Below the pieces are notes generated by a model that did not search any database, was not told the DNA's origin, and was given only the letters and a program-made list of their open reading frames with translations. Shown here piece after piece: positions 9,950 through 22,070 of a stretch of DNA of 37,024 bases. The DNA comes from Welwitschia mirabilis. Lineage: Eukaryota. Each line of letters opens with the position of its first letter. Position 1 is the first letter of the stretch. The translations under genes were made by a program, and so were the position numbers. The stretch lies in NCBI GenBank assembly GCA_051453625.1, contig JBOZIK010000001.1, positions 13,599,005 to 13,636,028 on the forward strand, read 5' to 3'.

Positions 9950-11372
9950 GATAAGAAACATAAATACAACTAATATTCCCCACTTTTGGATGTATTTAAA
10001 AAAAAAAAAGAGGAACCTATGCGGCATTTAAGTCTCTTTGATTCTTTTTGCAAGGCTAACTATTTAGAAACTAATTTAGATATCTTGAGACATTTTCCTT
10101 CTTCCTTAAAAGAAGATGCCTAGCTATTTTTTCATAGATTTCTAGATTATACTTTTAAATCTTAGAACTCTATAACATTAGTATTCTTAAATAAATATCA
10201 ACCTATTTGAATCATTAAAGATCTAAGGGATCAAACTTTAAATGTTGAAAAGAAAGAAAATGAGAAATTAGATGAATTCATGGATAGATATTGGATTTTA
10301 TTAGCAAGATGTCCAAATCATGGGATGACCCTTAGAGAACAAATGAGAGCCTTGTTAAGAGGTCTTCAGAGTGATTCTTTAGAGAAGTTAGATATTCTTC
10401 ATGAGAATAATATCAAGAATGATAACATGCAAGAAATTAAAACAAGTATAGACAAATTATATAGAATGATCCAAGGATGGTCTTAGAATGAAGAAACGAA
10501 AAAAGAAAGGTTAATGAAGTTATGATAGAAAAAAAAATAGATACTAAACATGTAAGTATATTAGAAGAAAGTAATAAAAGAATAGAGGTTCTGATATGTG
10601 AAATTAATAGATTAAAACAAGAAGAAGAAGTAGAGGTCTATGAATAATGTAATAAGGAGAATCACCATCCGACAAAGTGTCTCTAGATGATAGGCTTTAT
10701 GAAACAGTTAAATACTAATAGAATTAATTGTAATCCTAATAATACTCCTCAGATCAAGAAGAAACCATATCATAACCACATCAAGAAATGGAAAGATAAG
10801 AGAGAAACACTAATGCAAAGATTTATGCAATAAAAAAGATATGATTACTTTAGGAATTAGAGTAATAGAGATGGAGAATTGAGTCAAGATGGAAAAATGA
10901 GTCACGATCAACAACCAGATAAAAGAAAAAAAACCTAAAGAACCTTCTATACTGGCACAACCCTAACCAAATCCAAAGAGCATTAGTTGTAAAGTTATTA
11001 GAACTAGATCAGGTAGAAGCCATCTTTCATCTCCTAGGAAAGATAAAGAAACCAAGAAAAATAAAAGCATTGTTAGAAATAGTTCAACAGAAGGAGAGAT
11101 AGATAATCCTTTAACATTTCTAATGAGGAGTAAGATAACAGAAAATATTTCAAAAAAAGGAGGAAACGACATAGAATATCTTATTAGAGCTCTAGAAGAT
11201 ACCTCAGCCACTTTACCCTTAGTAAAAATGTTGAAAGACATCCCTTTATACTAAAAGAAAATGAAGAAGTTGTGTATTAAAGAGGGGAATAAAAAAAGGA
11301 AGGAGAAAACTAATAGCAGAAAATGGGTAAAAAATCTAACTAAAAGAGTTTAGGTATCTTAGACCTCTACTC
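9950..11372 (+). pseudogene. Athila-like gag and gag-protease linker (disrupted)
   Basis: EEPMRHLSLFDSFC, LRHFPSSLKEDA, FLNKY, MDRYWILLARCPNHGM, RTRSGR, TLPLVKMLKDIPLY*KKMKKLC. Confidence 0.82.
11368..11372. repeat. Left target-site duplication TACTC
   Basis: TACTC precedes TGATAG at 11373, and the same TACTC follows ...CTAACA at 33246-33250. Confidence 0.88.
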
Positions 11373-12707
11373 TGATAGAATCGAGAAACCTAAAGGGGGA
11401 TGGAGTAAATAGATTTTTAAAAATTATTTAAATAAACTTACAATAAAAACTTGCTTAAGATAAATCACTAGAAAAATTATGCATATAAACTAAAAGTATT
11501 TAGAAAATGAAAATAATACAAAGCATAAAAATATCGATCAGATGCACACAAGCTTTATAGTGGTTTAAGAAACCCCCTACATCACTCTCGATGATTAACT
11601 TATCACCAAGCCTCATTCAGATCTTTGTTAAATATTCTAGGTATTGGAGGTTTACCTGTAACCTTTACACATGGACTATTTTAGTCTATGTTTCAATTTT
11701 CCAATGGACTTTTATAGGATAAGTCTCAATCTTTAGAGGATGTAATAGTGATGATAAGAGTGCCCTGGTGCACTCGTTCTTTGGTACAAAGATTATAATG
11801 GAGCTCTTCTCTTGTAGATGATATAATAATGAAGTACAAGATCTGACTTTGAATGTACAAATATAATAAATGATGGATCGTCCATAGTCAAGAGTATAAT
11901 GCCAAAATGCTACAATAAAAATCACAAGATTTAGTTCTTTAGTCAAGAGTTAGAATGTTTTTTCAGTGATGCCTTTCTTGGATATTTATAATTGAAGGCT
12001 TTTAAGGTTTATTATAAGTAAAAACATGCTTTCAATGGCTATAAGCAACTACAAATGAATACATAATATATACATAATGGATATAAAATTTTGTTTCTAT
12101 TCTAATTAGTTGACTTCTTAAAGGTCTAGTTGACTGCTCCTGGTGCCATGACTTAGATAGGTTAGCTTAGTGAACATTTTGGTTATCCCATTTTCTTATG
12201 GCTCCATATTCAGTCAACCACTCAGGGTTTAATTGACTACTCATATAGTTACCTGCATATTTTTCTAGTCACTTGCTTGTCCTAATAAAGAATGCTTCTA
12301 ATCTCTACATTAGGTCTAATTAAACCCTTAGGTATTTGGTCGATCCATTGATGATCATCTTAGGGATATCAGGTGCATGATGCTCAGGTTTCATCAACCC
12401 CTTAAAGATCTGATCAACCTTTTAACAATTAGTTTAGTAGTATTAGTTCTTAGGTTTTTAGGTCTTGTCAATCCCTCTAAATTTAGTTTGATTCTTAGAG
12501 TAGGCTCCAGGTGTAGTCGATCCCTTAAAAGTCCAATTGATCACTTAAGAGGATAAGTGAACTTAATAGATTTCTAGTAATCAGAATATGACATTCCTAG
12601 ATCTAGCATTTGACCTACAAGTTTTTAATATTTTTTGTACAGGACACACAAAATTTTCTTCATAGAAAAGATTAGTTTAACATCAATTGATAAAACATAA
12701 TTTAATA
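11373..12707 (-). repeat. LTR copy A of Sirevirus-like element 2 (complete, ~1335 bp)
   Basis: Left end matches 19479 onward. Right end (attagtttaacatcaattgataaaacataatttaata) matches 14222-14258 and 33208-33245. Confidence 0.88.
11983..11990 (-). promoter_or_regulatory. Putative LTR TATA box
   Basis: TATAAATA on the minus strand, downstream of the U3 palindrome array. Confidence 0.5.
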
Positions 12708-13531
12708 TGTGCATGATGAAAAGTACCAATGTATATTTACATTGTGAGAATGAGATATTATGTAGAAAGAATTTCATTTTATAAGAAAGGCATAAATTAT
12801 CTAATATAGAGAAATTAATATCAGTTTAATTAATATACATCTCTCTACTAGGTATTACTCATGAAAATTAAAAAACTAGCATAAGAATGTAAATAACTAG
12901 AAAACTAAAACTAGTGTGAGCATTACTTCATTTTATAATCTTGATAAATAATATAAATGATTTATAGATCTTATAAATTTAAGCTAAACTTACCCTCATT
13001 TAATCATAGTTATTATTATCTATGAATTAGAATAACTACAAAAAGTGGAAAAGGAAGGATTTACCTCCTTCTAATTATGTTTAAATAAAGAAAGACAACA
13101 CTTTGACAAAGATTTTGAAATTCCTATAAAAAGGAGAAACAAGTGGTAATATATTTCTTGGTAGCATAGTAAGCCATGCACAAGATAAAATTAATTTAAA
13201 GGAAGGAGATAGTTCTTATAATAACTTGGATTCAAATAATGAAAAAGTTGCATATGCTCAAACAAATGTTAATGAAAGATATCTATTAATGAAAGATAGA
13301 GAAATAATTGTAGATAATTCCTTTAAGTAAGTACTAATCAAAATAGAAGTTGAAGGTTCTCAAATTATAGATATGGAGTTCAACATGATAGAAGTAAGGA
13401 TTATTATACTAGAAAACCCAACTATTCTAATNNNNNNNNNNNNNNNNNNNNNNNNNNNNNNNNNNNNNNNNNNNNNNNNNNNNNNNNNNNNNNNNNNNNN
13501 NNNNNNNNNNNNNNNNNNNNNNNNNNNNNNN

Positions 13532-14258
13532 TAGAAAAGTGCTTCCAATGGCCATAAATATTTACAAAACGGATACATAACGGATACATAAAGGTTATAA
13601 AATTTCATTTCCATTTCAGCTGATCGACCCCTCAAACATCCGATCGACCCTTCCTAGTGCCGTGATATGAACAGGTTACCTGAGTAAACTTTTCGATCAC
13701 CCCAGTTTCTTATGGTTTCATGTTCGGTTGACCCCTTAGGGTCTAGTTGACCCCTCATCCAATTACTTGAATATCTATCCAGTTGCTTGCTCATCCTGAT
13801 AAAGATTCATTCCAATTTCNNNNNATATCAGGTGCATAGTGTTCAGGTGCAGTCAACTCCTTAAAGGTCTAGTCAGCCCATTGACAATTAATTTAGGAGT
13901 ACTATTCTCAGGTTCATAGATCCAGTTAACACATCATAAGTTTAGTCAACCCCTTAATAATTGGTTCAGAAATACTAGTTCTAAAGTTCATAGGTCTGAT
14001 CTATCCCTTAGAAATCTAATCAACCCCTCTAAATTTAGTTTAATTCTAAGAGTATGCTCCAGGTGCGGTCAACCCCTTAAAAGTTCGATCAACTTCTCAA
14101 GAAGGTAAGTGAACTTGACAGGCTTCTAGTAATCAGAATGTAACATTCCTAGCTTCAGTATCCGTCCTATAAGTAGTTAATATTTTCTATATAAGATACA
14201 AAAAATTTGTTCCATAAAAACATTAGTTTGACATCAATTGGTAAAATACAATCTAATA
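13532..14258 (-). repeat. LTR copy B (U3 part of the PPT-adjacent 3' LTR)
   Basis: Aligns to ~12017-12707 and directly abuts the PPT. Confidence 0.85.
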
Positions 14259-14790
14259 ATCTGTCCCTTTAACATTGACGGCAAATATTCTTTAGTTGTA
14301 AAAATATTAAAATTGAGAAAACTCCCCCTCATGAAATGCCTATTATGTTCTACAAAAATATTAAGCCTTTTAAAACTAAAAGAAGACATTTTGATAAGCC
14401 TAATTTTATGTTAAAATAAAAACAATTTAAGGTGCACATTTGGAGAGTTAAGAAAAATAATATTTACGAGAAGAATCATTTTGATCATATAATATTTAAC
14501 ACTTTGATATAATATTTAATACTTTAATCATTGACAATTTAGAGTTCATTTCAAATATAGGATAATCATCATATGGATCTTTAATATTCAACATATAAGA
14601 AAAATTAAAGTTCATATGGATATTTGAATAGCACTAAAAAATTGAAACACAAATTGAAAGCATAAGAACCAAGTGCATTTTTATTTCATTAAGCTAAGCA
14701 TTATAAAGTAAAAGTACTCTCATCAAGAGCAAACTACATTTAAAAGCATAAATGCAACTAGCTCTTCTCCTTTTAACATCGATGACAAAG
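14259..14790 (-). promoter_or_regulatory. Polypurine tract plus upstream extra PPT-like motifs
   Basis: Plus-strand atctgtccctttaacattgacggcaaa (14259), actccccctc (14321) and cttctccttttaacatcgatgacaaa (14764). Multiple PPTs are a known Sirevirus trait. Confidence 0.7.
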
Positions 14791-15029
14791 GATAGACAAA
14801 CACACAATCAAAAACAGAGAACAAACATAATCATATGGAAAGATCAAAATAGATAATATAATTCCTATTTTGTAATTAACTTCTATTCTATGCTGCTAGC
14901 TTCCATAGAAGAGGCCTACATAATGGAGAGGATCTAGGTAACCCGACTTTTATTTTAGTCGATTAACCACCATTGGTCGACTAAATCATGGATCTAATTA
15001 ACTATCCTGCAATCAACTATAAGACAATG

Positions 15030-18000
15030 AGATAATTCCTAGTTCATTTTTAAGACAAAGAAAAGTATTAAAATTCAATGATTTAGTAAAAATATCTGCC
15101 AGCTATTGATCTTTACTTATGAAGTTCATAGAGATGTGCCTTTTTTTAATTTGATTTCTTAGAAGCTGATGCCTTAGCTTAATATGTTTGGTTCTTTAGT
15201 GCTAAATAGGATTTTTGGATATGTTTATAGCACTTGTGTTATCACAAAAGATAGGGACTTATTCAAAATTAACACTAAAATCCTTTAGAATTTCTTTTAT
15301 CCATAAAAGATGAGTACAACAACTACCTGCTGTAATATATTCTGCTTCTGCAATTGAAAGAGAGATGGAGTTTTGTTTCTTACTTGTCCATCCTACTAAG
15401 CATGAACCTAATAGAAAATAATTTCTACTTGTACTCTTTCTATTATCCTTACAACTAGCCCAATCTATATTATTAAAACCTACAAGCTTAAAAGATATCC
15501 CTGTAGGATACCACAAGTCTTAATCACATGTGCCTTTTATGTATTTGATTATTCTTTTTACTACTTATAGATGTGATTCTTTTGGTTGAAATTGATATCT
15601 TGCACATACTCCGATACTAAACATAATGTCTAATCTACTTGCAGTAAAATATAATAAACTTCCAATCATACTTTTATAAAGTTTTTTATTTACTGATCTA
15701 CCATTTTTATCTAAATTTACTTTAGAAGATGTTAACATAGGGGTCTCAGTTGTTTTTGCATTTTCTAATCCAAAATGTTTGATTAAATCTCTTGCATATT
15801 TGAATTGAGAAATAAATATTCCATATTTAGCTTGCTTGATCTGTAGTCTAAGAAACATTTTNNNNNNNNNNNNNNNNNNNNNNNNNNNNNNNNNNNNNNN
15901 NNNNNNNNNNNNNNNNNNNNNNNNNNTCATAAATAAGGTTTTGTCCACTATTTCACGAATATATCCATTATCATTTAAAAAAGTGACTAGCTTCTCGTAC
16001 CAAGCTTTTGGAGCTTGTTTCAATCCATACAAGACTTTTTTAAGTCTATACACATGATCAGTTTTATGAGGATCAATAAAACCTTGTGGTTGCTCTACAT
16101 AAATTTTTTTATTTAATGTACCATTTAAAAAAGAACTCTTTTATATTCATTTGATAAAATTTGAAATTTTTAAGGGCTGCAAAAGATAAAAATATTCTAA
16201 TGCTATNNNNNNNNNNNNNNNNNNNNNNNNNNNNNNNNNNNNNNNNNNNNNNNNNNNNNNNNNNNNNNNNNNNNNNNNNNNNNNNNNNNNNNNNNNNNNN
16301 NNNNNNNNNNNNNNNNNNNNNNNNNNNNNNNNNNNNNNNNNNNNNNNNNNNNNNNNNNNNNNNNNNNNNNNNNNNNNNNNNNNNNNNNNNNNNNNNNNNN
16401 NNNNNNNNNNNNNNNNNNNNNNNNNNNNNNNNNNNNNNNNNNNNNNNNNNNNNNNNNNNNNNNNNNNNNNNNNNNNNNNNNNNNNNNNNNNNNNNNNNNN
16501 NNNNNNNNNNNNNNNNNNNNNNNNNNNNNNNNNNNNNNNNNNNNNNNNNNNNNNNNNNNNNNNNNNNNNNNNNNNNNNNNNNNNNNNNNNNNNNNNNNNN
16601 NNNNNNNNNNNNNNNNNNNNNNNNNNNNNNNNNNNNNNNNNNNNNNNNNNNNNNNNNNNNNNNNNNNNNNNNNNNNNNNNNNNNNNNNNNNNNNNNNNNN
16701 NNNNNNNNNNNNNNNNNNNNNNNNNNNNNNNNNNNNNNNNNNNNNNNNNNNNNNNNNNNNNNNNNNNNNNNNNNNNNNNNNNNNNNNNNNNNNNNNNNNN
16801 NNNNNNNNNNNNNNNNNNNNNNNNNNNNNNNNNNNNNNNNNNNNNNNNNNNNNNNNNNNNNNNNNNNNNNNNNNNNNNNNNNNNNNNNNNNNNNNNNNNN
16901 NNNNNNNNNNNNNNNNNNNNNNNNNNNNNNNNNNNNNNNNNNNNNNNNNNNNNNNNNNNNNNNNNNNNNNNNNNNNNNNNNNNNNNNNNNNNNNNNNNNN
17001 NNNNNNNNNNNNNNNNNNNNNNNNNNNNNNNNNNNNNNNNNNNNNNNNNNNNNNNNNNNNNNNNNNNNNNNNNNNNNNNNNNNNNNNNNNNNNNNNNNNN
17101 ATATTTGTAGTTATGACTTCCTCTTCATCTGAGAAATTCAGTCTTGTATTAATCTCATCAATTTGCATATTTATTGGCTCTTCTAATGTTAAACTTCTCT
17201 TGTTGAAAACTTAATAAGCTCCACTCTTGGTTGTGTAGCCCAAAAACATAGCTTCATCGGCTTTAGAGTTAAATTTACTTAAATGTTATCTATATTTTAG
17301 CACATAGCATTTACTTTTGAATACTTTAAAATATGAAACATTAGGTTGTTTTCCTTTCCGTAACTCATATGACATTTTATTTATACCGGGCCTAAGATAC
17401 ACTCTATTAATAATATAGCATGTTAGGCTAACTACNNNNNNNNNNNNNNNNNNNNNNNNNNNNNNNNNNNNNNNNNNNNNNNNNNNNNNNNNNNNNNNNN
17501 NNNNNNNNNNNNNNNNNNNNNNNNNNNNNNNNNNNNNNNNNNNNNNNNNNNNNNNNNNNNNNNNNNNNNNTTATTAATGCAATATCTCTCAAAAAGATGG
17601 TTCTTAAATTCACCACCATGATCACTTCTAATTTTCTTTATGATATACCCTTTTTCATTTTGAATCTTTTTGTATATCTTAACCCAATATTTGTATACCT
17701 CAAATTTGTTTAATAGGAAATCTACCTAACTATATCTAAAGAAGTTGTCAAACATAGTAAGAAAATAATGTTTACCACCTAAACTTCGAGTTTGAGTGGG
17801 ACCTACTAGGTCCATATGGATAAGCTCTAATGGCATAGTNNNNNNNNNNNNNNNNNNNNNNNNNNNNNNNNNNNNNNNNNNNNNNNNNNNNNNNNNNNNN
17901 NNNNNNNNNNNNNNNNNNNNNNNNNNNNNNNNNNNNNNNGGCATAGTTATGGAAGTCTAGATTTACTTTTATGTGAAGTCCTTATCTATTTTCCCTTTTG

Positions 18001-18470
18001 ACATGCATCACATAAAACTTGTTTTTCTATATTTATCCTAGGGATACCTTTCATAATGTTTTCATGAATAATTATTTTTAATTAATCATAATTAACATAA
18101 TCTAATTTTTTATGCCAAAGCTCTTCTTATGGAACATTTAAAAAATAACATGAAGAAAATGATTGATCTATGTTATACATGTTATCTATTCTATTTTCTT
18201 TAAGGATTACATTATTTGATTTTCCATGTAAAATTTTACATTTTTACTTATTGAAAACTACCTTATGACCTTTGTCAAAAATTTGAATAATACTCAATAA
18301 ATTATGATTTAAAACATTCACATATAAAAATTCATTAATTTTAGAAATATTACCTCCATCGATGCTTCTAATACCTTCTATTCATTTCTCCTCCATTAAA
18401 GTTGCTTAATTGCTTGAATTTAGATTTGTCTCCCATCATATGCCTTAAACACCCCTTGTCCAGATACCAA
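15030..18470 (-). pseudogene. copia pol: protease (~18250-18470), integrase (~17200-18130), RT (~15520-16206), RNase H (~15030-15520); disrupted and gapped
   Basis: ORFs 15259-15516, 15565-16053 and 17726-17944, plus the motifs WYLDKGCLRHM, IRSDHGGEF, YKSMIGSLLYFTASRLDIMF and LADIFTKSL. Confidence 0.92.
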
Positions 18471-19430
18471 CTGCTACTACTTGAGACCTTAAAAGCTGTC
18501 TAGATTAAAAGACTTTTAAGATCATTAACTTTTACCCACTTAGTCTTTCTAGACTTATGTGGTATACCTTATTTTGAAATGAATTTAAAAGGAAAAGTAC
18601 TAACTAAGTTTGAGAACAACATTAACTTTTTAGCATTGCATAAAAATTTTAAATGCCTAATTATTCCACAAAAATGCTAAGTAACTTTTGAGAAGAACTT
18701 ACTTTGCCATGTTACCTAATTTTATTGCCTTTAAAGTTTTTGAGAGATACACCCAATACCTAACTTATTATTAGCAAGTTTTTAAACTCCAAGCATCTAT
18801 TCTAATTTGGAAGACCTACCAGAAAATTTATTAACAAATGAGATAAATCTTTTACCTATAAGATGAGATCGGAGTTTTTAGATTTGATCTTCTTGTATCT
18901 CGATTTCATTTCCTCCTCTTCTTTAGTAAGAAACTTTATAGTCTTGCTAATATGATTTATTCTTTTAGCTAACTTTTTACATTTCAAGTATAATTCTTAA
19001 CAAGTATCTTCTAGATTATCTTGTTCTTCATTAATAACATCTAAATCATCATGATCTGATGTATTGAATAAATTCTATAAAGGAGGCATAATTGCCATAA
19101 AGGAAAGTCCTCTGTCTTCATCAGATTCTTGAAGTANNNNNNNNNNNNNNNNNNNNNNNNNNNNNNNNNNNNNNNNNNNNNNNNNNNNNNNNNNNNNNNN
19201 NNNNNNNNNNNNNNNNNNNNNNNNNNNNNNNNNNNNCTTCTGTCTTCATCAGATTCTTGAAGTAATCTGTTTTCACTTTTTCATGACTTCTTTACATGCC
19301 CACTATTTGCAATTTGTTTGAAAATATATCCACATACTATCCAAAATATACCAATAAGAGCACGGATGTCTAAGAAGGACATATTTGGAAAATCAATAGA
19401 AGGATTGCTTATTTTTGAGTTCTAGAGTCT
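18471..19430 (-). pseudogene. Truncated gag remnant (C-terminal part with knuckle)
   Basis: ESDEDRGLSFMA (~19095-19130) and a decayed knuckle T*HFCGIIRHLKFLC (~18637-18685); gag core not recognisable. Confidence 0.6.
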
Positions 19431-19464
19431 AGATTGGTTAAAATCTAATAATGGACTTAACCTT

Positions 19465-19476
19465 GATTTAATACTA
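19465..19476 (-). promoter_or_regulatory. Decayed tRNA-Met PBS
   Basis: Minus strand TAGTATTAAATC matches TGGTATCAGAGC at 8/12 and sits 2 nt from the LTR end. Confidence 0.6.
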
Positions 19477-19478
19477 AT

Positions 19479-19853
19479 TGATAGGATTGAGAACCCTAGA
19501 GGAGGAATAAATAGGTTCTTAAAAATTATTTAAATAAACTTACAATAAAAACTTACTTGAGATAAATCACTAAAAAACTTGGGCATATAAACTAAAAGTA
19601 TTCAGAAGATGAAAATAACAAAAAGTATAAAAATACTAATAAGATGCACACATGCTTTATGGTGATTTGGAAAACCTCCTACTCCATCTCGATGATTATC
19701 TTATTACCAATCTTGATCTAGATCTTCCTTAATTCTTCTAGATATTACAAGTTCACCGATAACCTTTACACATGGACTTTTTCAGGCTAAGTCTCAACTT
19801 TTCCAATGAACTTTTGTAGGCTAAGTCTCAACCTTCAGAGGATGTAATAGCAA
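19479..19853 (-). repeat. 5' LTR (copy C), U5/R side
   Basis: Aligns to 11373-~11750 and ends at an N gap. Confidence 0.88.
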
Positions 19854-21061
19854 NNNNNNNNNNNNNNNNNNNNNNNNNNNNNNNNNNNNNNNNNNNNNNN
19901 NNNNNNNNNNNNNNNNNNNNNNNNNNNNNNNNNNNNNNNNNNNNNNNNNNNNNNNNNNNNNNNNNNNNNNNNNNNNNNNNNNNNNNNNNNNNNNNNNNNN
20001 NNNNNNNNNNNNNNNNNNNNNNNNNNNNNNNNNNNNNNNNNNNNNNNNNNNNNNNNNNNNNNNNNNNNNNNNNNNNNNNNNNNNNNNNNNNNNNNNNNNN
20101 NNNNNNNNNNNNNNNNNNNNNNNNNNNNNNNNNNNNNNNNNNNNNNNNNNNNNNNNNNNNNNNNNNNNNNNNNNNNNNNNNNNNNNNNNNNNNNNNNNNN
20201 NNNNNNNNNNNNNNNNNNNNNNNNNNNNNNNNNNNNNNNNNNNNNNNNNNNNNNNNNNNNNNNNNNNNNNNNNNNNNNNNNNNNNNNNNNNNNNNNNNNN
20301 NNNNNNNNNNNNNNNNNNNNNNNNNNNNNNNNNNNNNNNNNNNNNNNNNNNNNNNNNNNNNNNNNNNNNNNNNNNNNNNNNNCTGAGCTATGCCAAGGTT
20401 TGTGTTGAAATCACTTCAAAGTATGAAATACCATTGGAAATCATCCTTAAAGGACTTGGAGGTGCAGTTTTGGAATAGAGGATTGAGTATGAATGAATGC
20501 CTTCTAAATGCTCGTCATGCGTCTGCTTTGGGTACTCTATAGATCTATGCCCTAAAAAGAAGACAAAATAGATCTGGAAACCAGTTCTGTCAAATCCTAA
20601 TATCATTGCAAATAGGATTCCACCAAAGACAGCTAGTGATTTGTGAGAGGAGTACGATACCAGATTCCCAGAGGTCCATGAGATCGCCTCCTTATCCTAT
20701 CTGCCTTAGCAAAGAGAGGCATCTATTTTTGTTGGGCCCTCAGTTAAATCATCCTCAGTAGGCCCTTTTGATGCCCCATCTCATGCCTTCCCAAATGTAC
20801 TATCTAGTAGGAGTAAAGCCCCAATAAAAGAGGAAGCTAGAGGAGTTGTGATAGATAGGTTTAGAGGAGGCTAATGCAGGAGTCCATCAAAAATCTAGAA
20901 AGATGCTTTTGGAGGTAACTTCTCTTGGGTGAGGTAAGATGCTATTCCTGAGCATGCTGTGNNNNNNNNNNNNNNNNNNNNNNNNNNNNNNNNNNNNNNN
21001 NNNNNNNNNNNNNNNNNNNNNNNNNNNNNNNNNNNNNNNNNNNNNNNNNNNNNNNNNNNNN

Positions 21062-22070
21062 TGGTTGAAATTGCTAAACCTCAACCTACATCTTTGATCA
21101 GTGAGGTTCTTTCTAGAATTGCAAGCATTATCAGAAGGCCAATCTACTTAGATGCAGTCATGGCGATACAACAAAGGCTGAGCTATGCCAAGGTTTGTGT
21201 TGAAATCACTCTAAAGTATGAAATACCGATGGAAATCATCCTTAAAGGACTTGGAGGTGCGGTTTTGGAATAGAGGATTGAGTATGAATGGATGCCTTCT
21301 AAATGCTCATCATGCGTCTGCTTTGGGTACTCTATAGATCTATGCCATAAAAAAAAGACAAAATAGATCTAGAAACCAGTTCTGTCAAATCCTAGTATCA
21401 TTGCAAATAGGATTCCACCAGAGACAGCTAGTGATTTGTAGGAGGAGTGCAATCCCAGATTCCCAGAGGTCCATGAGATTACCTCCTTATTCTCTCTGCC
21501 TTAGCAAAGAGAGGCATATATTTTTGTTGGGCCCTCAGTTAAATCATCCTCGGTAGGCCCTTTTGATGCCCCATCTCATGCCTTCTCAAATGTACTATCT
21601 AGTAGGAGTAAAGCCCCAATAAAAGGGGAAGCCAGAGGAGCTGTGATAGATAGGTTTGGAGGAGGCTTATGAAGGAGTCTATCTAAAACCTAGAAATATG
21701 CTTTTGTAGGTAACTTCTCTTGGATGAGGGAAGATGCTATTCCTGAGCATTCTATGATTTCAACTAGCAGTTCCTCACATCCACCTCTTTGTAACTAGCA
21801 GTAGGTATCAATGACCCCTATCATTAATAGCACCGATGCCATTATTTTACAAGCTGATGCTCTCCATCCCAAAGTCTTAATGGAAGGTCCGTATCCCATC
21901 GACTCTTCTCCTATTCATAGCAATATTGGTTGTATTACAATTGATATCATGCCAGTAGATTCCCTCCATCAAAAATCTACAGACCTTAATTCAAACCCCA
22001 TTGTATGAAGTCATCAAAAAACTAAAAGGTGTAGGGGTAAAAAGGGGACAGACATCTCAAAAACAGATTT
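21062..22070 (+). pseudogene. LINE copy X ORF1, C-terminal part (zf-CCHC_4 knuckle); 20383-20961 is a near-duplicate
   Basis: LSRIASIIRRPIYLDAVM..RLSYAKVCVEI..EYEWMPSKCSSCVCFGYS. Confidence 0.85.

Noticed and set aside
10963..11946. Minus-strand hydrophobic ORFs (10963-11241, 11686-11946) as env-like or membrane proteins
   Set aside because: One is antisense to A-rich gag and the other lies within an LTR; their composition explains the hydrophobicity.
20383..21750. Duplicated LINE ORF1 end
   Set aside because: Highly similar copies sit across a 100-N gap, likely haplotype or paralog redundancy.
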